From: Vezdaea acicularis
Lineage: Eukaryota
Assembly: GCA_026025075.1 (NCBI GenBank)
Contig: JAPEUI010000024.1
Location: 124,001-188,000 of the forward strand
Length of the DNA: 64,000 bases
Direction: 5' to 3'
Shown here piece by piece: positions 1 to 12,710 of the stretch. The notes beneath the pieces are model-generated. The model ran no database searches, was not told where the DNA came from, and saw only the letters and a list, made by a program, of their open reading frames with translations. Within the stretch, counting starts at the first letter, position 1, and every line of letters starts with the position of its first letter. Made by a program: the position numbers and the translations under genes.

Positions 1-1126
1 CGTCGCTTCAGCAGGCTTAAGTGACTTAGACACGAGCTCATCGAGAGTTGAAGGTTCGTCGCCCGACTCTTCTGCAGCACGCTTATTCTTCCCCTTCTTG
101 TCTACCTTTTCCTCTTTTGCCTTGGTGATCTTAGGAACGATTTTTTCTTCATCGGTGTCTAGCTCCATAATCCTTGGATCTGCAATATCGTCCAGCTCAT
201 CACTTTCTTCCGAGTCAATACCTAGCTCTAGCTCATCTTCATCCGGCGAGAGGTCGTACTCATCGGTCTCGTCAGAGTCGTACATGCCATGTCCCTCTCC
301 AGCTGTGTCTACATAATTCCCCGTAAGATAAATCGTGTAGGCACCTGAAACTTGGAAGAACACTCGCTCCTTAGGTCCAATCGTGATATCTAGTGGTTGC
401 TGGTAAGCCTTGACGGGCGGTGGCATTAGCAAGGGTCATACAGTTATGATTCGAATGCGTACCTTTTCCGGATCCAACGTGCAGAGCACGTACTTTTCGA
501 GGTCTAGATCCATTTCATCGGAAGATTCTGATGAGGCCCTCTCTTTGCCTTTCATATCCTTCAGTTTCGTCCCGTTCACACCATTCGTCTCCAAGTCCAA
601 GGCCTCCTCTTTCTCTTCATCTTTCTCCGACTTGACAAGAGCAGCCTGACGTGCCGTTTGCGCTTTCTTCGGATCGCTGGGTCCACCATTCACCTTCTCA
701 CCCGCGTCAGAATCCGATTCAGAATCACTCCCCATACCAGAGCCACCCATAATGGCCTTGAGATATTCGTCCTCGTCCATATCTTCATCATCACTGTCTT
801 CGTCGAACTCCTGATCCTGACGAAGAAGTTTCAGAGTAGCTCGGGGCGGTGCAGCCATCCCATCAGAGTCACCTAGGACGGGTGGTGCGCTAGGATCAAT
901 TGCAGCCATTGTGATGCGAAACTGTAGGAGCGGTGTGAGCGAACAAATGACAGTTGACGTGGGAACAGAGCAAGTTGACGAGAAAGGCCACTGAAACTGC
1001 CCGGAAGACGGCACCGACAAACAGATAAGATTTTAGACTTACTCCAGCTCCAGTAAACTCCTCAGCAGCTTCGACGATGACATCGCCTGCTGGTACCTCG
1101 AGGGCATAAACAGCGAGGGCCGACAT
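1..1126 (-). CDS. FPR4: Nucleolar FKBP-type prolyl isomerase / histone chaperone (Fpr3/Fpr4 family), 5' part; runs off the left edge
   Basis: Exons 1126-1043, 921-463, 408-<1 (donors GTAAGT, GTACGC). The spliced protein MSALAVYALEVPAG..FRITMAAIDP..PPRATLKL..acidic tract..VLCTLDPEK|AYQQPLDITIG..VFFQVSGAYTIYLTGNY is the nucleoplasmin-like N-terminal domain of fungal Fpr3/4. The FKBP domain lies outside the window. Confidence 0.9.
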
Positions 1127-1664
1127 GGTGACAGAATTGCTTCAGGCAGGGAAGTAGCAGCTTCTCGTGTAGATTTGTTGGGTAAGACAAGGAGACAGAG
1201 GTTCAAGCCTACTTAGCCTTTGTTAGACATAAGATTTCTAACTCTAAGCATTAACTTGAGGGTAAAAGATTGTTTGAACGATCGTGGGTTAAGAGAGATT
1301 TGCTTCGGTCGAAACTTTTTTAGCGAGAGAAGTTTATCTGCGTGTATCGCTGCCGCCAAGACGTGTGGCTCGCGTGGAGGTGCGCGTGGCTTTAACGACC
1401 TCGGGATGACCTGACCTTGGGACGTTTTTCCTCGCGCGAGGCACCTAGGTAATCTACGGTTTGATGTCAGAATGAAGTCGATAGTATCGACGCAAAACCT
1501 CGGAGCTCACCGCCAGCTATAAAAGCTGAGAAAAGGGAATTCACGTGTGATCGACGAGAACAGTGGTCAGGTATAGACTAATATTATTTGTTTCTAAGAT
1601 AGTTTGAGCACATGCGTGCCTCTCGCCTTTTGATTTTCCTCCGCTACGATCCATCTCGAAGCGT

Positions 1665-2531
1665 TCAGATGTCATTGTTCTTTAGGAAGCCCAAGATAAG
1701 GTGCCCAATCTCTTCGGTGTTAGTATCCTCAACGAAGTGCCCTGCATCCAATAAATGTACCTGCGCCTTGGGCAGGTCCCTCTTGTATGCCTCTGCACCA
1801 GGTGGAACGAAGATGACATCGTGCTTTCCCCAAGCCACTAGTATGGGCACCTGACTATGCCTGAGATACTCTTGGAATTTCGGATACAGATCTACGTTAT
1901 ATTGATAATCATAGAACAGGTCGAGTTGGATCTCTTTGTTTCCCGGACGGCCTAACAGCGCATAGTCTAAGGTGTATGACTCGGGGGCAACGCTATCGGC
2001 GTTTGCGGTCCCATGCGTATATTGAGTTTTTGTTGCATCAAAGGTGAGCATAGCCTGACGCACAATTTCGCGGTCCGCCTCGCTGTGAGACTTCCAGTAC
2101 TTCTTAATCGGGTCCCAGGCACTACCAAGTCCCTCTTCGTAGGCATTTCCGTTCTGGCTTATGATTGCGCGTATGGCATTTGGTCGTTGTAGAGCAAGGC
2201 GCAGAACGATAGGCGCGCCGTAATCGAACATATAAGCTATGAAGCTCTTGATCCTGAGCGCGTCGAGGAACTCGCCAATGGTTGTTGTGAAATTTTCGAA
2301 GGTGTATTTGTAGTCTGCTTTAGTGGTTGTGAAACCGAAAGCGGGGATATCAGGGGCTACTACGTGGTAGCGCTGGGCGAGCAGAGGGATCAAGTTTCGG
2401 AACATAAAAGATGAGGTCGGGAATCCATGAAGAAGAAGAATAGTAGGATTGCTGGGAGAGCCTGCGGTGCGGTAGAAGATGGTGGCATTCGAAAGGGAAA
2501 GGTAATGAAAGGTTGTCTTAGGGAAGCTCAT
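1665..2531 (-). CDS. Alpha/beta-fold hydrolase (epoxide hydrolase / haloalkane dehalogenase-like), intronless
   Basis: 288-aa ORF with HGFP oxyanion motif, APDIPAFG, nucleophile elbow FDYGAP, WGKHD, and catalytic His in DAGHF. Confidence 0.93.
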   Translation of the reverse strand: MSFPKTTFHYLSLSNATIFYRTAGSPSNPTILLLHGFPTSSFMFRNLIPLLAQRYHVVAPDIPAFGFTTTKADYKYTFENFTTTIGEFLDALRIKSFIAYMFDYGAPIVLRLALQRPNAIRAIISQNGNAYEEGLGSAWDPIKKYWKSHSEADREIVRQAMLTFDATKTQYTHGTANADSVAPESYTLDYALLGRPGNKEIQLDLFYDYQYNVDLYPKFQEYLRHSQVPILVAWGKHDVIFVPPGAEAYKRDLPKAQVHLLDAGHFVEDTNTEEIGHLILGFLKNNDI

Positions 2532-4510
2532 GGCTAGGACTGGGTTCTAGAACTCGTTTTAAAGACAATTGAAGATGCTTCGACTAGGTTGACAATTAAG
2601 CCAAGTGGAATTAATGTTTTTGAAGCCTCTTTCTTGACGCAGGAAGATCTGTGAAAAGATGGGAGAGTGGAAACGACCAAGGTCATATATAGTCCATGGC
2701 CTTGACCTTTCGATGCTTGATAGGGCTATTTGGGCAATTTCCACATAAAAGCCTTACGCGTGATGTGTAAGCACATCCTGCATTTACAAATTATGACGAT
2801 GTAGCAATAAGGAAGCAATAAAGAGAGCCTTAACATCTAACCAGTCAGCTGGCCATTCAGAGCTGGCTCGCCATGAGCTGCATGATTGAGTTTGATTAGC
2901 CCAGGAGCGTCAAGAACTCTTGGCTATCCTTAGCAAGGAAGAGATCTCTCGGCGTCGAATTCTCATTAGCAGTAGGTTTTGGTCTAGATAGACAATTGCT
3001 CCTTCGTCCCTCGCGGGAGTGCGGGAAGCTGCACCTAGGCGAGCGTTGAATGTAACGTCAATTGTGCAATAATAGTTATTTTCTGCTCATAAGGCGGAAA
3101 GCTCCCCGCGGAAGGCATGCTAAGGCGTCATCCTAGAATGAATTACTGCGGGGAAGCATTTTAGGATGGTGTGGCTTTAAGTTTCCATGCAATCTCTGTA
3201 GCACAGAGAATTCGGCATCGTTGGAGGCCATTTAGGCGATGAATGCGGCTGGCCGGATAATCAGGCGAGTTTGCTGGTGCTCTAGTGAAGAGCTTCGTGA
3301 TATGGAATTACTGGTCGCGGGACACCTTTGTTGTGACAAATAATACAAAAGTTTCTCTCAATTGTCCAGTCCCCAATTGAATTGCGCCAGTTGCTCTAAC
3401 AGTAGGGAGGTCTATGTGTGAGTCCCAACCTATGCTCTCAAACTTACACACCCTAAGCGATGCGCTAACTCTTTCACTACATCTCTAAACTGGAGTTTTA
3501 CTCAGTCCCCTTGATGGTGTCCGATTTTGTAGCTTTGATGATTGCTTTCCCCTGACAATGATGCCTCCGGAAGTATCCTTGGAAACGAATGCCTTGATTC
3601 TCGAAGAGAGCCAAGAAGGCAGCGGACCCAAGGCCGCGGATAAGCACCGGAACTTGGCGGCATCGCTTCTAATTGGAGCAAGACTAGACAGGTCTGCACC
3701 ATGTGCTTACGTGCACGCCTCTAAGGGAGTAACTGGGATGAAAAGCTGGTTTAGCGCCCCATTCTGGAGGCTATTTAGCACAAGTGCCTCGTCGGCAGGG
3801 CCGGAATCTATTGTCTTGAAGACGAGCCCAGCACTTTTCGTGACAGCCTTTCGTAGAATAATGAGGTGCAGACACTCTACACTTTGATTGAAAGCGTGTA
3901 CCACAGGGTAAGGCTATCTCGATTTGTCAAAGGAGAATCGAAAGGCCGGGGGGCTATCCAGTGGAGGAAGAGATCTTTGAGACATCTGAGCGGCAGCCAA
4001 TGATCTGAGCACATGTCTAACCTGGCTCATCTTTAGAACCTTGCTTCTAGACACCCGTTACCTACTATTAGGCTTTGGTCCAGATTTACGTCTGCATCGC
4101 ACCTAGTCCAGCCAACTGGCGTAGGCTACTGTAGCATCGCACACTCTACCATAAACACTGATGGTTTTGGGGTTCATGCCGCAGGGAGCCGGGGCAGGGC
4201 GCGGCCGGCGAATAATCGTATTCATACAACGCCATCACAGAGCATACAGGGACGATGCTGCCATTTGATACTTGGCTCGCGTGCTTCCTTCGTTCTGGAC
4301 GAAGCTGGGATCCGTCACGTCAGGGGCGGTATTGATGTGAACTATCCTCTGGCACATCGTCCAGTTGCAATCGGGAAGAACGTTCAAAGGTCATTCGATG
4401 TCCCTGCCGTACCCTAAAGCAAGTATCATTGTCTAAGATATTGACTTCAATCGTTCTGACGTGTTGATACGCATTCAGGAGTTCCCGGCTTTTGATGACT
4501 TGAGAGGTCT

Positions 4511-4552
4511 GAACCGTGCCGAGGAAAGTACGAACCGTGCCTAGGAAAGTGA
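4511..4552. repeat. 21-bp tandem duplication
   Basis: GAACCGTGCCGAGGAAAGTAC followed directly by GAACCGTGCCTAGGAAAGTGA. Confidence 0.85.
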
Positions 4553-4970
4553 TGTGATAGAATGAAAACATCGCATTGCTCCTTAGCTAAAGGAGTGGCC
4601 GACTTTGAAATACTTCTCCGCTTTCGTACGAAGATGCATATTAAGAATTGAAGAAGATTGCGAGAGGTTTGTTCTCTATTTACAAAGATAAAGGTGGAGA
4701 ATATATTCCTACCCTCATTTTGATATGACGTGAACGTAGGGTTGCCTGGCAATAAATTGCACAGTGCAACCGCGATATTCACGGACAGTCTTAGCATCAC
4801 GATTATATGATGATGCCTCACAAGCGCCATATAATATAGAATTCCTATTGTTTGAAATTCAATGAAGCTATCCTTACTCTTCATCATTTTGTCACGCTCC
4901 CGGAATATGCCTCTCTCAAGAGGAATTGCTCACGGGCTGTTATCTCATCGTGATAAAGAATCCTAGAAAC

Positions 4971-6159
4971 CTAGCACTCAGTCAAGTGAAGATGGGGTAG
5001 TCTGGTAATCAAACATTGCAGTTGGTATATGGAAACACACAGCCTCCCGCAGGTCCGACCCAAGTGCCGCACGGACCAATCCCGGATGAGTCACTAGCTG
5101 TATTCGAGGTGCCATAGTATGCAGCGATGCCATACGGGCATACATCTATAGACGATGCATCCGCGAATGTTGTAACCTCGATGGCGCAGCCAAAGCTGCC
5201 ATCAAGCGAATAATCAATCTGCAGACGTAGAAAGTGTTAGTCAATTTCGATTGAGCACGACCTGGGGAATTAGGATCTGGTACGCAGCTAGATGTGGCAA
5301 AGCAGAGTCTGCAGCAATCTACCTGCGTGGTGATGGATGCGTGTCTGAGAAACCGTGTCATAAGCTCTCCCCCTTGACCGACGCCTGGAGTGCTCTCGCT
5401 GTCGTCATATATTAAACTATAATTATTACTAGCTTGGCAGGCAGGAACGGTTGTATATGTTACGCTCGTATAGGCCGTAGAGATTGTCGATGGTATGGTT
5501 AGGGTAGTGGTTGCAGTCTGGACGTAGGCCAATTTAGATATCACGCTTACAATCTTTGGGGCACTTGCATCGACTGACTGTTGTGGAAGCCGTTAGGGTA
5601 GATCCAACAACCCCTAAACAAGAGCAAGCACTGGAGAATCTAGCGGCCTCTGAGCAGGGTGAAGCGTAGGCAGGGATTGAGGATGGAACGATCGTCTCCT
5701 GGCGGGCTTTGAGTCTCAACGGTGCATTTTTAGAGCCTTCAGTCTCGGTCGCAGCCTCCAGACCTACGCTTCTCTTTGTTGGAGGAGGTGTGGTGCCGAA
5801 CCCAACAACTGAATAGTGGGTGGCTAGAATGGTGGTATTTTCCAACACATAACTCGTTGTCGTCGCTGTTGATGTGACTGTGCTGAACGAATATAGCAAG
5901 TTAACTTAATTTAATAACACTGGGTAAGCTACAACAATGGGCAACTTGAACTGAAAACAAAATCATACATCAGATTGTCAGGGATGATTGTGGTCAGAAG
6001 AAAGCTACTACAATCGGTAATAGCCAGAGATCTCCGGGTGCTTGGATTGGCGCCCGTGACAGCGCGGGCACAGTTGTCAGCATTGCATGCTCTTCTTTCG
6101 AGCACACTACAAAGTACATTCGGAACGATGCAAAGAGTGAGGACGGCTGACAGCCTCAT
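4971..6159 (-). CDS. Secreted Cys- and Ser/Thr-rich protein (cell-wall / effector-like)
   Basis: Exons about 6159-5969, 5882-5579, 5517-5284, 5217-4971 splice in frame. Signal peptide MRLSAVLTLCIVPNVLC, then RR, ACNADNCARAV, IPAYASPCSEAARFSSACSC, Thr-rich tracts, DCCRLCFATSSC and a Cys-rich C-terminus. Confidence 0.75.
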
Positions 6160-7515
6160 TTCTTGACCTTAAAAGTTGTGATGAATGAAAAGATTGTGTA
6201 ACGGGAAGTAAGTAAAAGCTATAGCGGAATCAGAACAATAGTTCAAAGCAAAAAGTAGGGAGCTTAAGTCTACTTGAATAGACTGGTGTGAATCATTGAC
6301 TAGCTTATTGAACTTCTGTGAGGTACGCAGCTCTTAGGGTGAGCTTTTGACGTTTGTAGGCATGTATCCCTGCATATGCGATCATATGCCCTGATTCCGG
6401 GGACTAACTGCATAGCAGAGACTCCATCACTGGAAATGCCTAGTAAAGGCTTGCCAACGCGAAAAGGACCCTGGAAAAATGCGGTACGACCCAATGCAGA
6501 CGGCCTTGGTTGCATAAATCAATATCGATCCTTTGCGAGCAAATGGAAATGTGGGACGTGATGGCCTAATAAGAGTAAAGTCCGAAGCATTCGGGCAACT
6601 TGTAGCTGAGGCTGACCCTTGTCTCGGGGACCTCAGGCTTCTTAATTTACCTTCCTGGCGCGAAGAAGCAGCCACGCTAAGAATTTTGGACCGACCGCGG
6701 TCAGAGTGCAGAGTTCATTCTAATCTCGGTTTGAGGGTGCCGCAACGTGAAGGATCTCATGTCTAGCTCCTGACTACCCGTAGGTTGACATCCCGTTCAA
6801 GGGAGAAACGTTGAGGTACTTCCATTCAACGGGGAGCCGTTCATAGAATGAAAGGGTGCTCGTAGCATTGGGGTCGCTCTTATATCTAGAGGTAGTCGAG
6901 GAAGGGTAGACTCCGTTTTTGCAGAATGTGCAGCCCCAGTGATGATCGGCGATTTCTACAAGGAGTAGAGCTAGGACGTTTTGGGCGAACATTAGTAACG
7001 TCAGCTATAAGATCTTTTGTAACATGCTCTCCGACCTACCCGCCTACGTTATCGGTATTCGTATTATCTTGGGAAAAGAACATTGAATTCGGGGTCATAA
7101 ATGACTTCTATCATCTATCTGACGGCCACACGCTGAGGAAGGCTTTGTCGTGGTAGCTAGATCTGGAAGTCCCTTGTAGAACATGAGTTACCTTGAGGAA
7201 ACCGAGCTCATGAGCCCTGCTCAATCCGCATAGAAAACTGCTATGATGAATCTCTAGCTAAGAAATTACAATATTCGCGAACGCTTGTAGCGAAAATCGC
7301 TGTAGGAAGCCCTGCTTCATCATATGCTATTTGCGACCCAGCAATGTTCTGATCCGAAGACTCATTGTTTCTTTCTTTACTTGCACTTTCCATGTTCTAT
7401 GTTACCACTATTTGTCTGACTTGACTGCGCTGGTTTGTTCGATTCAACCATGCTAAAGCGTCTATCGAAAGAATGACGCGCCACCCTTCCCCAGATCTTG
7501 CGCGCGCCAACCCAA

Positions 7516-10500
7516 ATGAGTTCCAAACTTCATGTCTCTGACGCTAATTCGAGCGCCGTACGGAAGAGGATCGAGAAGCGTAGGCTAATGAGGGGACCTT
7601 CGTGAAGCCGCCCGTGCTGACTATTGGATGTAGATACTTTCGATAATGAGGAAGGCGAAGAATATGAAGCTTCAGGCTTCGGCGGCTTCAATGACTACTT
7701 TCGGCGCAAGAAGATCAAGCTACAAAATCTGGATGTAGAACTGCGGGCGAGATCGACAGACAATACCTCAATTTTTCGTGGCGTGGTAGCCCACGTTAAT
7801 GGCTATACCCAACCGTCGTTGAATGACCTCCATCATATGATCGTCTCTAATGGTGGAGGCTTCATGCAATATCTAGATGGCAAGACTACCGTCACTCACA
7901 TAATTGCCAGCAATCTCACACCGAAGAAAAAAGTCGAGTTTCGGAGATATAGGATCGTGAAGCCTGCGTGGGTCGTTGAAAGCATTCGAGCTGGAAAGCT
8001 GTTGCCCTGGAATGACTTTCGAGTCGTGGATGAGGGCAGGGGCCAAAAGGTACTTGCCCTCAAGAACGGTAGTGTATCCAGCGAAGTCAATACCCAACAG
8101 AGAGGTTATCGGGATCAAACAAGCCAGAGTTGGTATACCGCCCAATTAAAGGAAGCTGGTAATGATAGACCCTCTCTAAGCTCGCACCAGCGTTCAATGC
8201 AGCCAGAGGACAGCGACGACGATAGGATGCAATACGATACAACCAAACTGAAATCTGACACCATTATACGCTTACCGCCCCATGAACTTGCTGCCGAACG
8301 CGTGTCTGCCTCGCCAGAACTTTTACCACCGGCAGCATCACCGTCTCCTTCAGATAGCTTTCTATCTGAGCACGAAGATGACCAGGCAGTGTCAAGCCCG
8401 GATGACGTGGATTCTCTCTCTAAAGCTGAAAACAAAAAAGCCGGTACATCGCCCGGAAAGGAGCATTTAACTGCTGAAGAACACAATTCGATCCTACTTT
8501 CAGACCCTCGAATATGGAAATCTTCTGTTTTAAACCCTGGCTTCCTGAAGCAATATTACCAGGAGTCTCGCCTTCATCATCTATCCGCTTGGAAAGCCGA
8601 GCTTAAGGCGCAACTTCAGAAGTTGACAGCGGAGACATCATCTCAACCAGCTAAGCAGAAACGAGTGCCAGGCGCTCGAAGATATGTACTGCATGTAGAC
8701 TTTGACAGCTTTTTCGCAGCGATATCATTGAAGAGCGCCCCCGAGCTTGTTGACAAGCCGGCCGTTGTTGCTCATGGCAGTGGCCTGGGCTCAGAGATTG
8801 CAAGTTGCAATTACCCCGCGAGAAAGTTTGGGGTTAAGAATGGCATGTGGATGAAACGCGCAATACAGCTCTGTCCAGAACTTAAGGTGTTACCTTACGA
8901 CTTCAAGGCGTATGAAGAAGCTAGCAAGACTTTCTACCAGTGTATTCTTGGCGTTGGTGGGATTGTCCAGAGTGTCAGCGTTGATGAAGCTCTAATCGAC
9001 GTGAGCGTAACGTGCATCGCCGCTGGTGGGACAGATGGTAGAAGAGTTGGGGAAGGAAGCGTTCGCAGGGAGCAAGATAAAGCGGAAGAGATCGCACTGT
9101 CTCTCCGTGAACAGATTAAAGATCGGACTGGCTGTGCAGTATCGATAGGTATAGGCGGCAGCATCCTGCTCGCCAAAGTCGCATTAAGGAAAGCAAAGCC
9201 AGCCGGACAGTATCACCTGAAGCCTGAAGATGTCCTCGACTTCATTGGGAGTTTGCCGGTTCAGGATTTGCCTGGAGTTGCTCATAGTATTGGAGGCAAA
9301 CTGGAAGATGTTGGCGTGAAGCTCGTCAAAGATATTCGGGACCTGTCAAAAGAAAGGCTAATTTCAGTGCTTGGGCCAAAAACGGGGGAAAAGATCTGGG
9401 ACTATTCACGAGGCATCGATCGGACCGAGGTTGGAGAGCAAGTCGTCCGCAAGTCGGTCTCAGCAGAGGTGAACTGGGGCGTTAGGTTTGAGACGCAGGA
9501 ACAAGTTGAGGAGTTCATTACGAATCTTTGTGAAGAGCTTCACCAACGGCTAGTCAAAGAGGGGGTAAGGGGTCGTCAGCTAACGATGAAAATAATGAGG
9601 CGGGCTGCAGACGCCCCCTTAGATCCTCCAAAGCATCTTGGGCACGGAAAGTGCGATACATACAACAAGAGCATTGCTATTGGAGTTCTCACAAACCAGG
9701 CTGAGGTACTAGGGCGAGAAGCCCTTTCTATCCTCAATGGCTTCAAATTCTCCCCCGGAGAATTAAGGGGTATTGGTGTCCAGATGACGAAACTCGAACC
9801 TTTGAAGAACACTGGAGATGCGCCTGAAGTGAGCAGCCAGAAAAGACTGCAATTCAAAACGCCAGGTTTTGGAAAGCCGATGAAGAAAGCCGACCCGGCG
9901 CCCGAGGACCCTATCGTAGATGATATCGAAAGCCCGCATAAGCAAACCGTGTCAAGAATACATCCAGCTGCGGCCCTGACGGACCGATTTGACGACAACT
10001 CGAAGCCGTTGAATACGCTCGGTACTCAATTTATCGTTCCGTCTCAAATTGATCTCGAAGTTCTAGCAGAACTACCGGATGATATCCGTTCAATGATTCA
10101 AGCAGCCTCGAAGGCTACAACCCACGCGAACACAGGGGCAGTGGACGTATCATCGAACTACGACTCCGCTTCAAACTCCAGGTCTGCTTCGCCAGGGACA
10201 CACTACTCTGCCGACTCCCCCCCGCGACAGTCTCAACTAGACCCTGAAGTCCTTGCGTCGCTCCCGGAAGACGTAAGAAGGGAAGTCGTCGCGTCTTACG
10301 CCTCGAACCCAGTATCGAAACCACGCGGAGCGCAGACGCTCCTCCCGCAATCGCCCAGAAAAGTCAGAGCCCTGAAGACATATAAGAAGCCATCTCACCC
10401 CACCAAGAAACGAGGCGGCGGTCTCTTCAGCAAGCGCAGCAAAGCGGCCCCCAACCTCGACGGGCACGACTCGATGACCCTCACGCAATCCAACTTCATC

Positions 10501-11049
10501 GCCACCCGGTCCACCACCCGGAAAGCCCCCACTTCCGCAGATACTGCGCCCGAACCGATCTCAGAAGACTTCCTGCAAGCGCTCCCCGAAGAGCTCCGCG
10601 CCGAGGTGCTCACCGAACACCGCCGCTCCCTCCTCTCCACGCGCGCCGGCCTGAACATCCCCAAGAACCGCAAAGGGCCTTCAAAGCCCCCCACGACGTA
10701 TCCCCCGCGGCTGCTGCGGCTACCACCGCGCCCGCCACGGCCCTTGTTCACCACGCGCAAGCTCTCCGCGCTGCCGGATCTGCGAGAGGCGGTCCGGACG
10801 TGGGTCGAGGAGTTTGCGGAGGAGGGCCCGTTTATCGATGACGTGGAGGCGCTGGCGCGGTATCTGGGGCGCGTCGTCGTCGAGGAGAGGGATCTGGGCA
10901 AGGCCGTGGCGGTTGTCCGGTGGTTGGAGTGGGTGATTGGGCAGGTGGGCGCGGGGGGGTTGGAGGCGTGGCAGGAGGGCTTGGGCACGGTAACGGAGGC
11001 CGTGCAGACTGCGGTTCGGGAACGGGGGCTGGGGCCTGTCCAGTTTTAG
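7516..11049 (+). CDS. REV1: DNA repair protein Rev1 (Y-family deoxycytidyl transferase)
   Basis: Exon 7516-7579, intron GTAGGC..TAG, exon 7634-11049. BRCT (IFRGVVAHVNGYTQP..VKPAWVVESI), Y-family motifs HVDFDSFFA, IASCNYPAR and SVDEA, three UBM-like repeats (LAELPDDIR, LASLPEDVRREV, LQALPEELRAEV), and a Rev1 C-terminal domain. Confidence 0.97.
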
Positions 11050-11443
11050 TGTTTGGGAGTTTGGGAACGGGTCGATTTCTTGTACGGCCTTCGTCGATAT
11101 AATTTCGAAAACGTCTATGTAGCTTGTCGTGATGCCATTTCCGCGGTATTGAAAAGTCCGACCAATCGCCGATCGGCGGCCGATGACGGACGGACGGACA
11201 AAACTTCGTCCGGCTCGCTTGGGAGGGCCCCACCCACGGCTACGGCAACGGGATGCCCGCCGCCATGGACGGCCACGGGGATTAGCCCTTCGCTAAAGGG
11301 TGTTCGGCTACAAAACAGCAGGAGCGCATTAGTCAATACGAGGTTGTTTTGATATTGTCATGATGATGGTCGATTGCGGCTGTTGTTAGGACTGCTAGAG
11401 GACAAGCTCGAGGAGACGTGGCAGAACAGCCATTCCGGCTCTT

Positions 11444-11480
11444 CCCCTCCTCCTCCTCCACCTCCACCTCCTCCTCTTCC
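11444..11480. repeat. (CCT/CCA)n trinucleotide microsatellite
   Basis: cccctcctcctcctccacctccacctcctcctcttcc. Confidence 0.7.
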
Positions 11481-12449
11481 CTCCGCCAGCAGCGTCCTTC
11501 CTCCCACGGTGAAGGGTCCGACGGGCACGTTGTGGGCGACTAAGGCCGACGCCGGCTCTACGCCCCCAGCACGGATCCCAGTCCGATAGACGAGCCATCT
11601 TTGTGCAGTGCTTCTCCTGCACCACGGAAAGCTCGGCAGCCGGGGCGCTGGCGTCGCTGGGGCCGGATCCTCAATCGCGGGGCCCTGTACGTCGATGATC
11701 CTGCGAGTGAGTGGGGAATCCGGCGAGGGTTGCGGGATTCTCTTGCTGACTCTTCCTCCTCGCAAACAGCAGACGCAGCAGCAGCATCGGCGGCAGCACC
11801 GAGCGGGCCTGTCGGCGGGTCCAGCCTGCTCGAGGCGAGGATCGGGCGTTATCAGCGTCTTGCGGTGGTGCATGCGCCGGCCAGGCAAAGGCGGCTGTGG
11901 CGGGCGCTGATTGGCCAGCCCACGCCCGCGACCCGCATCCCCGACGGAGTGGTGAGGGCTAACGCGCCGGCTACGGGGGCGCTACGGGCTAAGTGGACGG
12001 CTACCGAGCAAACGAGCAGGAGGTGGAGGCGGACGGACAAGCTCGCACGCTGTTGCTCTCGGATCGCACGCGCTGCTTCCTGCATCTTTCGAGAAGAGAA
12101 GACCCTGGACACGCTCGCCCACTCGGCCTCCCCACGGCGCCTCGTTATCTCCGGATCTAACGTGCTTGGGGGAAGGGATGGGGAGGAGGGGGAGAGCGGG
12201 CGCTGGTATGCGCGGCGCCAGGAGCGCCGCAGCTTGCTTCTCGTGCCTTAGCCAGGTCCACGGCTCGGGGTCGGTCGAGGATGAGGCCTCTTCCAATGGA
12301 CTCGATGACGGATGGAGAGGCGCTAATTGATGTCGGACGGCCCGAAACGTACGGCGATGGGTAATGGGAGATGGGGGAATGGCGGGTGTGTTCACTTGGC
12401 TGGCCTGGACGTCGAGTGAACGGCGCTTCTTACCCCACGTCCTGCCTTC

Positions 12450-12710
12450 CCTTCTTATATCTCCCCCCCCTCCCAATCCCGTGCTCTTTTGCTCCTCACC
12501 TCCGCATCTCTCTACCAGGACTCGACTCTCGAGCTGTTAACCCCCTTCCTCTCTCTCGCTCTCCTCGACTGTCACCATATCTGCCCTCCCGTTGCTTTCG
12601 TTTCAGCCTTCGCAACCTCCGCCCTCTTTCATTTGCTTCTCGTACCACGGTGTTCTTTGCCCCAACTTACTTAACTTGGATTTCGACAGGCGTGCGTAGT
12701 GGCGTCGATC
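12450..12710 (+). promoter_or_regulatory. Putative core promoter / 5' UTR of the P450 gene (TATA-like element + CT-rich box, possible 5'-UTR intron 12642-12689)
   Basis: TTATAT at 12455-12460, then a long pyrimidine (CT) tract as in filamentous-fungal TSS regions. GTACCA..TTAAC..GACAG lies just before the ATG. Confidence 0.45.

Noticed and set aside
7243..7352. ATGATGA ... CTGA, spaced like a box C/D snoRNA
   Set aside because: No terminal stem, no clear C'/D' boxes and no rRNA guide that I can recognise. An Infernal/snoscan search would settle it.
11358..12476. Two minus-strand ORFs (11982-12476 and 11358-11888) are in the same frame, separated by one TAG (11982-11984), which suggests readthrough or A-to-I stop editing
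   Set aside because: The upstream part has no ATG (TTG start only) and the translation is low-complexity with no domain. High GC makes long frames likely by chance. The TAG is simply the complement of the repeated GCTACGG motif, and the region looks like the P450 promoter.
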